Source: Marsupella aquatica (Eukaryota > Plantae > Marchantiophyta). From it: 64,000 nucleotides of DNA. The stretch covers positions 9,771,440 to 9,835,439 of the forward strand of contig OZ316894.1 in assembly GCA_973895155.1 (NCBI GenBank), read 5' to 3'. Shown here piece after piece: positions 52,451-64,000 of the stretch. The position numbers were made by a program, and so were the translations under genes. The notes beneath the pieces were generated by a model. The model worked only from the letters and a program-made list of their open reading frames with translations. It did no database searches and was not told the origin of the DNA. Within the stretch, counting starts at the first letter, position 1, and every line of letters starts with the position of its first letter.

Positions 52451-55129
52451 AGGAAATTGTCAAATGCTTCATGACTGTCATCTCTCGAGGCCTTTCGACA
52501 GTTCAATGCGCAAACCCACACCCCCAGAATCCAACAGACAACACGCCACCCATTCAGCTCCCCCCACTCTCCCCACCCCCACTCCTAAACCCTTCCCGGG
52601 CTTCCCGCCAGAACGCTCAGCTCAGGGTCTCCCCCGGTCTGACCGTGGTCAACTCAACCGGGCTGGGGTCTACTAAACTGTAGGGACTGTACCACAGTTT
52701 CCGTGTCAGAAACGGATACGGTGCTGCTCTACAGTAGTTAGTGTAGAGTGGCAGAGGTCGTCAGCCTGACCACACTCTGAGGCGCTGAGCCTCTCTCTGA
52801 TGTCTGAATGATGGGGCTCTTTTAGCGGTTGGCCTTCCCAGGTTGGCAGGATTCGCTTTGTTTATTTGTAGGGGCAGGTCTAATTTCTGAGGGTTCTACT
52901 AAATGTGGGAATTTATAGGGGGGGAGTCTGGTACTCTGGTGGGAACGAACTTATCCTCTAGGGAACCGCAAAACCTTCCAAGGGGGGTGATTGGTCGGCC
53001 TCGGCTGAATTTGGACTTTTGTGCTAGGTGAAAGATCTTTTATGGGGGGGACTAGCCCTAAATGAGAGCACCCCCACTGGTCCACTACTGTAGCGCCAGG
53101 CCCTTGAGTGAGTGTAAGGGGACCAGTCCAAGGGCCCAGGTTTTGAACTGCTATAGTGCCCAGCATTATGTCCTCCTGAAATTGGCAGTCCGGCGTTCCA
53201 CAGGCTAATGGGGCACAGCCCACCAAGACCAATCAACTACTGTAACTGGGCCTTGTCAAATTTGATCTGGCAATTGCACTCATGGCTGGCACTTTTTGGT
53301 GAATGTGAAAGACGGGCCGGGTGGGGAAGCTTCACCCTTCACAAACCTGTATACATGGGCGCCTTACGAGCTCCCTAAACTCCCCAATGGCATGGCTGTT
53401 GGAGTGCAACTGTGGTCAGTAGTGCTCTAAATGCCCAAGGGCCTCAATTTTGCACATTTTCTGTAAAGGAGAATACTCCATTAATTTCATCCCTGGTGTT
53501 AAGTTTTAAAATTAGTTTCTACATAAAGCCAGAATGCCCTACCCATGACATAAGGCCTTCCTAAGTCTTTGCGGCTTTATTCCTCTAGAGAAAGAAAAGC
53601 AAATTTACAAACAAAAATTGTGTGCGAGTATTTAAGCAAGGAACAGAAACCAACAAGACTGGCCACAAACTCTAGAATGATGAGAGCGGCTGAGGTGGCC
53701 CCTTTAGAACATGACACTCCATGGAGGTGTAGAGCTTATTGCCAGGCCCTCCATCCGAGCCTCCATTGAGTGTTTGACATAACCTATTGTATTTAGTTAT
53801 TGCCAAGCACTACACTAACGTGCAGAAATGATGACTGGTTTTTTCAAGGAGATAGAGTTTCTCAAAATAGAGTGTTTGTACCTCCCTGAAAAAAATAGTG
53901 TCACCATTTCTTCACTATTGAGTATTCTTGCCTGAAAAATAAAGTCAGAGTTCTTTGCGATAAGGACAGAGCATCCCAACCTGCTGGGTTTGCCTATTAA
54001 GGGAGGTTTAAATATAGGACAGCCTACCAAGGAAGTGAGGGAGCTACCTCCAAACCTCAAAGGTGCGAAGATTATTTGAAGTCGCCATGACCACCTTTGG
54101 TTTATGAAGGACGCAGATTAGCTCTGGCTCAGATTTGGGCAGAGGAGTTGGGCACAGGACATGTAACTAGGCCGTTGGTAGCGAGTTCCTCATCTTCAAA
54201 GGGTGACCAAACTCCCCCAAAAGAATGTTCAAACTGACAAGTCTTTGAGGCTGAAGTGTGTGGTGGACGAGTACTAAGAACTTCTTTGCCAAGAGCAATG
54301 TGGTAAATTTAGCTCCGAGTCTGAAGGTGCCAGCCATAGGTAGCCAGGGGGAAACACTTCAAAAGGTCGTGAATTACTCGTTTTCTATTAAATCATATTC
54401 CATAAGTTGGGATTGCAATAGAGTGGTGAAACGAAAAAGGGCGTTTGGGTGGGATTGCGCTCCCCAGAGCCTTGTACCAATACAATAGAAGAAAAGAAAA
54501 AGAGATTTGCCACATGATTGTAAAGGGACCCCAATATCCATAGTAGCGAATTCAAACATCTTCAAACGGTGGTCAAACTCCCCCAACAAACCTCCAGGAT
54601 GGTCAAACCCGCCAAATTTCGCCACCAACCCAGGCATTTGTTAGGGGTAGCTCTAAATAGGAAAGTGGGAGGGAAGTTAGCGTGATACCTAATATAACTA
54701 ATAACTGTAGCGGAGAACCCCAAACCTTCAACGTAGGGTGGTCAAACGCCACTAAATTTAGCCAGGGATGGAACGGAAATCAACGACACTGTAGTAGTAG
54801 GTACGGCCTTCCACTTTTTTCTGTTGGGCTGACTCTTGAGCCTTTTTGAGTGGATTGCCTCAATTTCGTTCGCGTGTCGCATCAATTTTTCTTTTACTCT
54901 CGAACGGAAAACTTTACGCCTGTCGTACCATTCTGGGAGGAAGGACTTTAGCGGTGGATTCGTTCGTGTGGAGTTTTTTCTTTCCAACCGGAACTTTTAC
55001 TGAAAAGTAAACGAAGCCACTGTAGTGGAGTAGGATTCGAGGAGAAAGGATTCGTTGCAGGGTAATCATCTTTTAAGCAATTCTAACCTCGTCACTAGTG
55101 TGTGATGTGTACCTTCATTTCCTAGATCT

Positions 55130-56030
55130 ATCCTGACCATTAGATATACCTAAATTTAATTAGAACCGTCAGATGTTTCCTCATTGAGGTAGTGGGTGGT
55201 GGGAAAGCGCATGGGACCCGCGAAAAGTGGCCAATCTGAAAAGCCACAAATGATAGGAGGAGTTTCGTCACTGAAAAGTACCTGATTCTTCATGTGAAGT
55301 TTATTTTCAGCTGAAACTTTTACGGAAAACTTAAATTCGTCACCACCGTAGTTTGTGATGTGCACCTTGATTTCCTTGGTTATGTCCTGACCATTAGATC
55401 TCCATAAATTTAAGTACAACCGTCAGATTGTGGTTGATTGAGGTAGTGGGTGATAGAAAAGCGCATGGGACCCGGGAAAAAGTGGCCATGTCAGCCAAAA
55501 GCCACACATGATTGGGGAGGAAGTGGTTATTTGGGAAGTTTTGCCACTAAAAAGTACATATTTGATTTGTTCAGGTGAAGTGTTTTCCTAGCTGAAACAT
55601 CTTCAGAAAACTTAAATTCGTATAGTGCATGATGTGTACCCAGATTTCCTAGATTCTACACTGACCTTAGATCTCCCCAAGTTCAAGTAGAACCGTCAGA
55701 TATCGACTAATTGAGGCAGTGGGTAATGGAAAAGCTTCATGGGACCCGAGAAAAGTGGCCAATCTTAGCCAAAAGCCACAAATTAGTCAGGAGGAAGTTG
55801 AATTTGGGGAGTCTTCCCACTTAAAACATTCTACCCTGACCGTCAGATTGAGGCAAATTGAGGTAGTGGGTAATGGAAAAGCTTCATGGGACCCGGGAAA
55901 AGTGGCCAATCTTAGCCGAAAGCCACAAATGATTCGGGAGAAACCGGAATTCGGGGAGTTTTGCCACTAAAAAGTACGTGATTCATTCAGGTGAAGTTTA
56001 ATTTTATTTTCACCCTGAACCTTTTACAGA
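55130..56030. repeat. Four diverged direct repeats of ~130-290 bp
   Basis: ACCGTCAGAT..TTGAGG(T/C)AGTGGGT..GAAAAGC..CATGGGACCCG..AAAAGTGGCCA..AAAGCCACA near 55165, 55420, 55692 and 55840. Confidence 0.8.
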
Positions 56031-56457
56031 AAACTAATAATACAAAAACAAATGTATGGGAGTATGATTCGAGGAGAAAGGCTTTTAGCGTGGATAAAGG
56101 TTTTCAGTTCGTGTAGAGTTTACAGTGGCAGTGGGTTAGTTTAGTGTTTTTTCTGTTTCCGCCTTTTAGGGTGGCAGCGCAGCGCAGGCGCGCACCGACT
56201 AGATTCGGGCGGGGGCTGGTCTGGCCCGTGGTCTGGGCCCTGGCCACTGGGCACTGGCCGCCTGGCCTGCGCGCCTCCTGGCCTGGCCACCGGCGTGACA
56301 GAAGGAGGACGCGAGCGAAAAAGTTGGCCAGACCAGAGCGACGACCAGACCCCTTTTCGCACAAATTCATCACTCACACATTCGTAAAATGAAGCCTATG
56401 GTGTAGGCTTAGGACAATGTGTAGCCTCGAATCCAAGCAATGCTTTGACCTGGGTAA

Positions 56458-56971
56458 GGGTGGCTTTACAAGACGTCGGGGGCAGTTCTTTCACTTTTCT
56501 GATATCCAAGATCCAATCCGGGCCATCCATTGGGGAGATAGTGCTGGAGTTCACTTTAGAAAACGTCGGGGCCAGTTTTGCTCATTGATTCTGCCGATCC
56601 TACATGGACTTCAGTGGGGCCCAACTTTTGCCGACGTGGAGCTCTTTTTTGTCCAGAATTTTAGACCACCTCCGTTGGAGGTCCCTTCATCCGGCCGCTT
56701 GGTCCATTCCTATTATGGGCAGTTTTCAATAAATGCGGACTCACAGGAACCAGCATTAGCCAAAGATTCAGGTGGAGTGGGTCCCAAGTTTGTCTTCTAG
56801 TCAATGATTCTAGCTACACTGGCCAGAGTTCCCTTACAAGACCTGGGGGCAATAAAAGTCTTCTAAATTCTCTATTAGCCCCGGTATACTGTTTTTAGCA
56901 TGTGAAACTGCTGCTGGCTCAGCTTTGGTAGAAAAGGAAGCGAACGGCCCCGATGTCTTGTAAAGTGCCCC
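56458..56971. mobile_element. Tourist-like MITE (PIF/Harbinger family)
   Basis: Left end GGGTGGCTTTACAAGACGTCGGGG, right end CCCCGATGTCTTGTAAAGTGCCCC, TAA on both flanks. TIR core shared with the Harbinger at 58302. Confidence 0.75.
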
Positions 56972-56984
56972 TAATTCTAATTAA

Positions 56985-57240
56985 AAGTTTTTCCCCCTGA
57001 AGATGGAGGGCCAGGGTGTCCTAAAGATCACCTTTAGAATTTAAAATTTTAAAAAACTTTAAGAAAGAGTTAAAATCAGCTAAGGGTCGTAAGGGAATGC
57101 AAGCTATTCTTTGACCAGGGTAATTTTAATGGGGTTTTCCCCTGAAATTGAATGACCAGGGTGTCCTAAAGATCACCTTTAGAATTTGAAAATTTTAAAC
57201 CGTTTAAGAAAAAGTTCAAATCTGCTCGGGGTCGTAAAGG
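56985..57240. repeat. ~145-bp imperfect tandem duplication
   Basis: CCAGGGTGTCCTAAAGATCACCTTTAGAATTT occurs twice. Confidence 0.75.
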
Positions 57241-59073
57241 TGACAAGGAGCTGACGTTAGGAACATTATTTTTTATTAAACTTCCTAGATTAATTTAATT
57301 CTGAACCCAAAAACAAAAGCTGTAGCAAAATTATGGAGACCGGCATGACAGGAGAAGGCGTATATGGCCAAAGTTAGCCACTAAAAAATTGCTGCCTGTG
57401 ACCTCCAATTTCTCCCAAACAAGCATGCATGGGATCTCCATCCAAACATTTTGAGCCCTGATGGGCTCACAAAATTCTCCTTGTTTGATGAGCAAGTTTT
57501 TCCTACTCTAGGCCCATGTCGTCATGGTTAAAATGAATGTCCTAGTAGATCCCATACAAGCTTAGGAATTTTATTCTAGCAAAATGTGGGGAATCCATAT
57601 CCTATCCAAGTTTTTATGATAGACCCCATCCAACTCTCTAATTTGTTTGAAATTGTGATTCTGAATTGAACATCCATGGATCACAACCTTTGATAGGATT
57701 CTTGAGTCATAAGGTGAGATTGGATCTCCACCAAAACATTGTAACTTTGATGGGATTCCAAAATTCTCTGAGATATGAAAGTAGATTCAGCATGTTTACT
57801 CTAAAACCATGTCATCCTACTTACAATAGTTTCTGCGGGTCCCATGCAAGCTTATGGGGATTGCATCTGAGCAAAATGTTTGGGAGACAGATCCCATCAA
57901 GCTTATAACTTCGTTTGGATAGATCACCCAAACACACATTAGTTGCTTTGAACTGTCATGTTGTTTTTAAACAACACATCCTTCATCATGAATAATTATG
58001 TGTACTTTTAGGTATCACATATGTTTGGCTCATCAGAGTTCTTCAGTCGGACATGGTCTACTCTATCCAAGCTTTAATTAGCTTCATTAAAATCTGTTTA
58101 TATTCCTTTGTGGTATATATGACATAATGTACTGCCATTATTGCGAACTGCTACATATAAAAAAATGAAGGTTTTCACCAACTACAAATCCTCCCATACA
58201 CATGTAAGCTAATTAAAGTATTCATTAATCCTGAGCATTCAGAGCAACTGTGACATGGATGGTGCATGGGAGCAAGCAACTGCCCGCAAGCACTACTCTT
58301 AGGGGCACTTTACAAAATGGGCGCCGTAGTTTTAGAGGTTTTTACCAGAGCTGAAAGAGAGCCCAGATTTTTATGTACAGCTAGTGTTCCAGACCTGACC
58401 AAGGCATAAAAACGGGTATATTGCTGCAGACTTGGTGTAAAGCGAATACAGACCGGGCAGGCTGAACCTTTACCATCCCAAACGTGGGAAGCTGTAGGGC
58501 TGGCAGGAACTCATCGTAGGCAGCAAACAGTTTACAAAGGTAAAACGTCGGAATCAAACGAACCTTCATGAAAGTGCACACAAAGTGCATACTTTGTGCA
58601 AAATATTAGGTTTTCACTTCGAGCACACTAGGAGTATATCGGAAATGGACATCGAGAGAGCCAGTCTAGGGGCAAGTGAAGAACACGAGGCTAGTGAATA
58701 ACTGGAGGCGACGAGACATTGCAGCCCGGGACATCAAGCAGAAGAAGCAACATCGAACTCTGCTCTGTCCAATGCCAGTAGGGAGGTGAGCACTTATCAA
58801 ATTTCCTGAATTAAGAATGCGTATTGTAAATTGTAATCAGCTCCCTGTCCTGCTCTATTCTCTGTTGTGCTCTATCCCTTGTCAATATGTACCGTGCTCT
58901 ATTCCCTGTCAATATCTGCCTGTCATGCTCTATTCCGGTTGCAACTCTACAAATTGGAAGCTACGTATTGTCTAAATGCTCTGTAAGGTATTTCCCAAAT
59001 TTCATGAACTTCCTGAATTGAGAGAAACTCCCTGAATAAATGTAATTGAACTTCTTGTTTGTTTAATTTTCAG

Positions 59074-60544
59074 GTTGACAAGAGACAGAGAATTTTGATT
59101 CTCATAATTCTAAACTTAGTTGTCCAAATCATCATCATTCACAATAATCAGACAAACCAAGCTGCTCTAGTATTGGCTACCACCGGCCATGTCCACAATT
59201 CAATCGTTCAAGATGCTTTCACAATTCTTGCTCTCGCAGTTTATGTTTGCACAGGGACGATGGATTTGGAGGAAACAGAGGTGTGTGTGGAGATTTGAAC
59301 GATCCTCTCCTTTTGTAGATAAAATTCTCCTACGGGCCCATTCTGAATATGAATTCAGGCGCAGGGTAAGGGTAAGTCAGCCCACATTTTATTATTTATG
59401 TTCCCTTTTAGCACCAGCATTGCAGAAAAGTAAAAAAGGGGGTGGGATTCCATTGGAAACCAGAGTTGCATTATCCCTGAACCGACTTGGCACTGGCAAT
59501 TATTTGCTAGCATGTGTCGATATGTTTGGGATGTCTGAAGGCTTGGCATCCATTGTTGTCCGTGAGTTTTGTGGCTGTTGGTGAAGATCATTCGTCCACT
59601 AGTGGTAAAGAGGTGGACTCCAGAAACACTGAAAACCTTAGCCAGTGAATTTGAAGCCAACCATGTACCTATCCCATACATCATGGGAGCCATAGATGGG
59701 TCCCATATTCCTATCATAGCACCTCCAGCACCATGGGACCCAGCACCTTATTACAATCAAAAAGGATTTTATTCTGTACTTCTCCAAGGAATTGTTGATG
59801 TGAATACATCATTTTGGGATTGGGATTTCGGGTGGGCAGGCTCACTGCATGATTATACCATGTTTCTTCATTCAGATTTTGGTAGAGCTATAATGACAGG
59901 GAGTTTTGCTCCTTATAAAAGCATTGGAGATGTTGCTTATCCATTCAGGCAATGGAACTGGGTTCCTTTCAAAGGGAGTACAGAGCAGCTCCAACCACAC
60001 AAGGCCCATTGGAATTTTATACAAAGCAGCACCCAGATGTGTGTGGAACGAGCATTTGGAGTTTTGAAGGGGAGATGGCGGATTTTGTTGAGGAGGATTG
60101 AGATGCGCATTGAACATGTCTCTGTCATTGTTTCAGCTTGTATTTGCTTGCACAATCTATGGGTGGCACACAAGGACTTTATTGATGAGCAGATGGTCGA
60201 AGAAGCCAAGAAATGGCTGAAGATGCAACAGATTAGAAGCTTGGGAATTGCAGCAAGTGGGCACAGTGAAGATTATGGACTATGGTCGGTCTGAGGTGAA
60301 CCGGGCACGCATCGACATTGAAGAGCTTATCAAACAAGCAGCAGCCCCAGACCCTCACTTTGTCAATGACTTACACAATTCAAATAGCTCTGATGTAGGA
60401 GCTTTAGAGAGAGGGATCAATATGCACAGACAGATGGCTCAGGCCTTGTTCAGCCGCCACTTGAAAGAACAGGTGGATTTGCCTAGTGCTTTTTTTGAAG
60501 AGGTGAACTCAGCTGAAGAGGAGGATGGCACTTTTGTAGAATAA
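59074..60544 (+). pseudogene. Harbinger DDE transposase (HARBI1-like), frameshifted
   Basis: EFRRRVRVSQPTFYYLC, GAIDGSHIPI, YYNQKGFYS, GSLHD, IGDVAYP, CVERAFGVLKGRWRIL, ACICLHN spread over different frames. Possible first exon ~58646-58785. Confidence 0.88.
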
Positions 60545-60937
60545 CATTGTTGACAATCTGTAGGTTATGAATGACAGCAATGTTGAGCATTTGAGCTATC
60601 TATGTGTAATAAACATTGCCATTCAATGGATGCCATTCAATATTACATGAAAACAATGCTCTTTGCAAAAATGCAGTACATTTGAGAGCCCTACTTGTAT
60701 GTCTTGGATCCCTACCAAATTGCTAAACTGAATATGATTTAAAAGCTGCTAATCTAGCCTTGTCTATCCCAAATTCTGAGAACTCAAATGGGTAATTGAG
60801 CTTCCAGGGATCTTTATAAGTGTCCCATGGGCGAAAACAAATGTTATCATCCCCAAGAGTCCTCCACACTAAGAGATACTTGTTCTGATTGAACAAAGTG
60901 CTCCCTGCCATGTCTACACATCCTGCAAAGTTGAAAT

Positions 60938-62757
60938 TTATAACTTGTCAATCAATCGAGCAAGATGTGTCTTCAGCTCTTTCAATACTGAAGTGTTTTC
61001 ATGAATATCTGTAGCTATGGATATTGTTTGAATCACCATGGCAGATGTTTGAGACACCATTTCCTTTGTTGACTGAACCATGTCACACATCATTGCCGAC
61101 ATGTGCTCTCCAGAGGATCTCTTGCCTGTTCTACTAAGGGTGCTAGAATCAAATGAAGGTTGGGGACCTGGAATTGAGACCCCAGGCCCTGATATGTTTT
61201 CAGCAGAGCCTTGAGCTTCACAAGGTTCATTGAGGTCAGGGGGACATGGATTGGGAGTACCTCGTGCATCAGAATGGATCAGTTTTTGAACATTCAAGAG
61301 GTTGTTGAATCCCTGGTCAATGTGCTCAAAGAATTTACAAGTGACCTTCCTGCCCTCACCTGAGATCTGCAGGAGCCGTTTGTCTGTACAATATTGCCGG
61401 TAAATTGCAATCCATTTCTTTCGACAAGCTTCAGCAGATTTTGTAAAGTTATCACAAGCTGCAATCATCTTGATTTGCAGCTTCTCCCACATGTTAATTC
61501 CTGCCCAACATAAAATCACAGAAGAAGTCAGGAGCAAAACTCAAAATCTGAAATCTGAGGAAACTTTCAGAGTCAACCCTAAACTTAGATAGATGCTACA
61601 ATCTTCGACTACAATTTCGAGCAAAATTTTGAGCACAATTTTGAGTACAATTTCAAGCAGAGATTGAGTACAGTTTTGAGCAGAGATTGAGCACAATGTC
61701 AACTACAATTTCGAGCACAATTTCAACTACAATTTTGAGCAGAGATTGAGCACAGTTTTGAGCAGAGATTGAGCACAATGTCGACTACAATTTCGAGCAC
61801 AATTTTGACTACAAATTTGAGCAGAGATTGAGCACAGTTTCGAGCAGAGATTGAGCACAATGTCAACTACAATTTCGAGCACAATTTTGACTACAAATTT
61901 GAGCAGAGATTGAGCACAGTTTCGACTACAATTTCAAGCACAATTTTGACTACAATTTTGAGCACAATTTTGACTACAAATTTGAGCACAATTTTGAGCA
62001 GAGATTTGGAGCACAAATTGAGAACAATTTTGAGCAGAGATTGAGTACAATTTTGAGGAGAGATTGAAGCACGAAAGTGAGTAGAGGTTCACCTTGTTTC
62101 TTGGCATTCAGCTTGAATTCTTCATCCATCTCACTCCTGAAAGCTATGAGTTGTATTACATCTGCATCCTCCCAGCGAATTGTTGAAGATTTGACAACAT
62201 CTTCATCTCCTTCTTGATCAGCATCGATGTTCTTGGCCTTCTTGGCCTTCTTTGAGCTCTTTCTCCCAGCTACCCGTTTCTTCCCAGCAATTGCCCCCTC
62301 ACTGCTTGTAGGCGCTACTCGTGCATTCTCTGATGCTTGGCGCGCGCATCTGCATAGAGGGAATTTCCTGGCTTGCTTCGGACCAGAATGGATTTCCCAG
62401 GCATGACTGCTGATCAAATGAAGTTGATTGAGAGAAAAAAGGACCAGAGGAAGCAACGGGCAACAATTGAGGGGCAGGAAATTGTGAAACCAATGGAGGG
62501 TCGTTCATGAGTGCCATAAACTCTGCATTGGACACATTGTGGGGTCCTGGGGAAAAATCCTGTGAAAATTGAGAATCTGGCACTACAGTTGCTGATTGCA
62601 TCTTCTCATGCCAAGAAGACAAATTACCAACTCCTGCCATGTCTACACTGTCGTGAACTCCAACACTGTTGCGATCTCTTCCTGGAAAATCCAAAATTGA
62701 ATAACAAGTGCTCCCAGATGAGGAGCTGTTGGACCATATATTGTCGTTGTCCTCCAT
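60938..62757 (-). pseudogene. Harbinger Myb/SANT (trihelix-like) DNA-binding protein; exons ~62757-62093 (one frameshift) and 61500-60938
   Basis: Spliced IRWEDADVIQLIAFRSEMDEEFKLNAKKQG|INMWEKLQIKM..KSAEACRKKWIAIYRQY; basic NLS-like KKRVAGRKSSKKAKK; GT..AG intron 62092-61501. Confidence 0.82.
61605..62070. repeat. Intronic minisatellite of 11-12-bp units (GAGCACAATTTT / GAGCAGAGATT / GACTACAATTTC)
   Basis: Dozens of variant units inside the Myb gene intron. Confidence 0.9.
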
Positions 62758-64000
62758 GGTAGGGGCGCGGAAGAATGCAACTACTTGAAATTTGTAATTT
62801 GAAGCCTCTCTCAAAGCTCCCTCCCAGCCCCCAAGTTCAAATCGCTCATGGGAAGCATTAATTTTCAGCTGAACCAATACCGAGAATAATGGGAAATCAC
62901 AAGGGCAAGACGGCCAGAACATTATCGCACCTCCTTTGGTGCGATAGCCTTCCGCTCGGCTGAGAGCCCCAGGCCTGTTGAAAAGTACCCAAACCATGGG
63001 CACACGCAGGTTCGGGGACCCCCGACTCACAACTTGCTGCACTAAGTTTCTAAAGCAGCATCAGCCCGGGCAGGTTGAATGAACGGTTCAGATGAAAAAT
63101 ATCAAGTGTAAAAGAGAAGTGAAGTGCGGCGCCCGTTTTGTAAAGTGCCCCTTAGTCGGGCAATCGCGTGATGCTTGTCCCAGTCAGTCCTTCTCTCATC
63201 TATGTAGGACGGTGGTACAAAACCATCTTGCAATGGAGATGGAGATAGGGAATGTCTAGAATGGTCATGCGGATATTGTTGTTTGTGTTTCTTTGCACTT
63301 TTTGTTACTCCCTCTCTGCCAAATCTCTAGTAAATACAGTTGATGGTTGCTCTAGGAGTTTATTCTATAAATAATTCTATTGCAACTCTTCTTGATCCTG
63401 CATTCATTAGAGATTCTACCTAGGAGAACGGTTGCGGCAATAGACCTTCATGGCTAGCTTCAAGTCAGGAATGCAAGAAAATAATTAACTATTGCCAGTT
63501 GGATTAATTGTCCTTGTCCCTCCAATTCAAATTTAATTGAAAGAACTTCATCTAACTTGATGTACGGGTACCTACTGCTTATCACAATTTCCTATGGCAC
63601 TTTGGAAATGGCTAAGCATTATTCTCATCTTTATAGATACAAAGTATAAGTGTTATAATGTAAGTATTACCAGGTTAACCATTGTTAACCCAACCTTGGT
63701 TAGAACCAGGTTACAAATGTATCATCAAACATACTAATAGATGAAGAGGCGTTGAAACCGCATTAGTGGTGTGATTGACATTTCACATCTCATCCAAGGT
63801 CTTGACTATGGTGTCTTTGTACTCTAACACGTTATCAGCACATACAGACTCTCCAAGATTGAGCAAGGCTATGGCAAATGCCCAAGGAACTGAGAAGGAA
63901 TTGATGTCACAACCAGGAGCTATAGGAAGACATTTGTTGCCAACTTTAAGGGTGACAAATGAGATATCTACTTGACAAATAAGCAAAGAAAGCCTGAACG

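Larger units (their letters stand above)
58302..63151. mobile_element. PIF/Harbinger DNA transposon, full length but degenerate
   Basis: TIR GGGGCACTTTACAAAA(T/C)GGGCGCCG at both ends, TTA TSD (58299-58301, 63152-63154), convergent DDE transposase and Myb/SANT genes. Confidence 0.95.

Noticed and set aside
51620-52683. Pro/Ser/Leu-rich ORFs
   Set aside because: Translation of CT-rich low-complexity sequence.
63783-64000. Possible terminal exon of a minus-strand gene running off the window
   Set aside because: Too short and no recognisable motif; flanking sequence is needed.

Overview
Eukaryotic, intron-containing land-plant DNA; a bryophyte or other non-seed plant is my inference, not established. 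Host genes: SQD1 (2031-3634,+), a divergent two-B3-domain gene (~10644-11573,+), coatomer beta-COP (17205-20851,+), a nitrate-reductase-derived gene with only the Mo and dimerisation domains and substituted catalytic residues (41314-45489,+), and a plant multi-OB-fold gene (46314-51199,-). Mobile DNA: tRNA-derived SINEs, a GC-rich TIR element with an 8-bp TSD, a Tourist-like MITE, a degenerate Harbinger/PIF transposon and a 9.4-kb Ty3/Gypsy-type retroelement (28887-38333,-). The retroelement is the main find. Its polyprotein reads Gag-CCHC-protease-C5 cytosine methyltransferase-RT-RNase H-DDE integrase-PHD finger. Its terminal repeats are split and permuted (sense order B-coding-A-GC-B-A), with TG..CA ends, a 4-bp TSD, a palindromic CA-GC-TG end-to-end junction inside the one complete LTR, a PPT and a self-complementary PBS-like site. 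This layout is what integration of a 2-LTR circle opened at an LTR-internal att site would produce.
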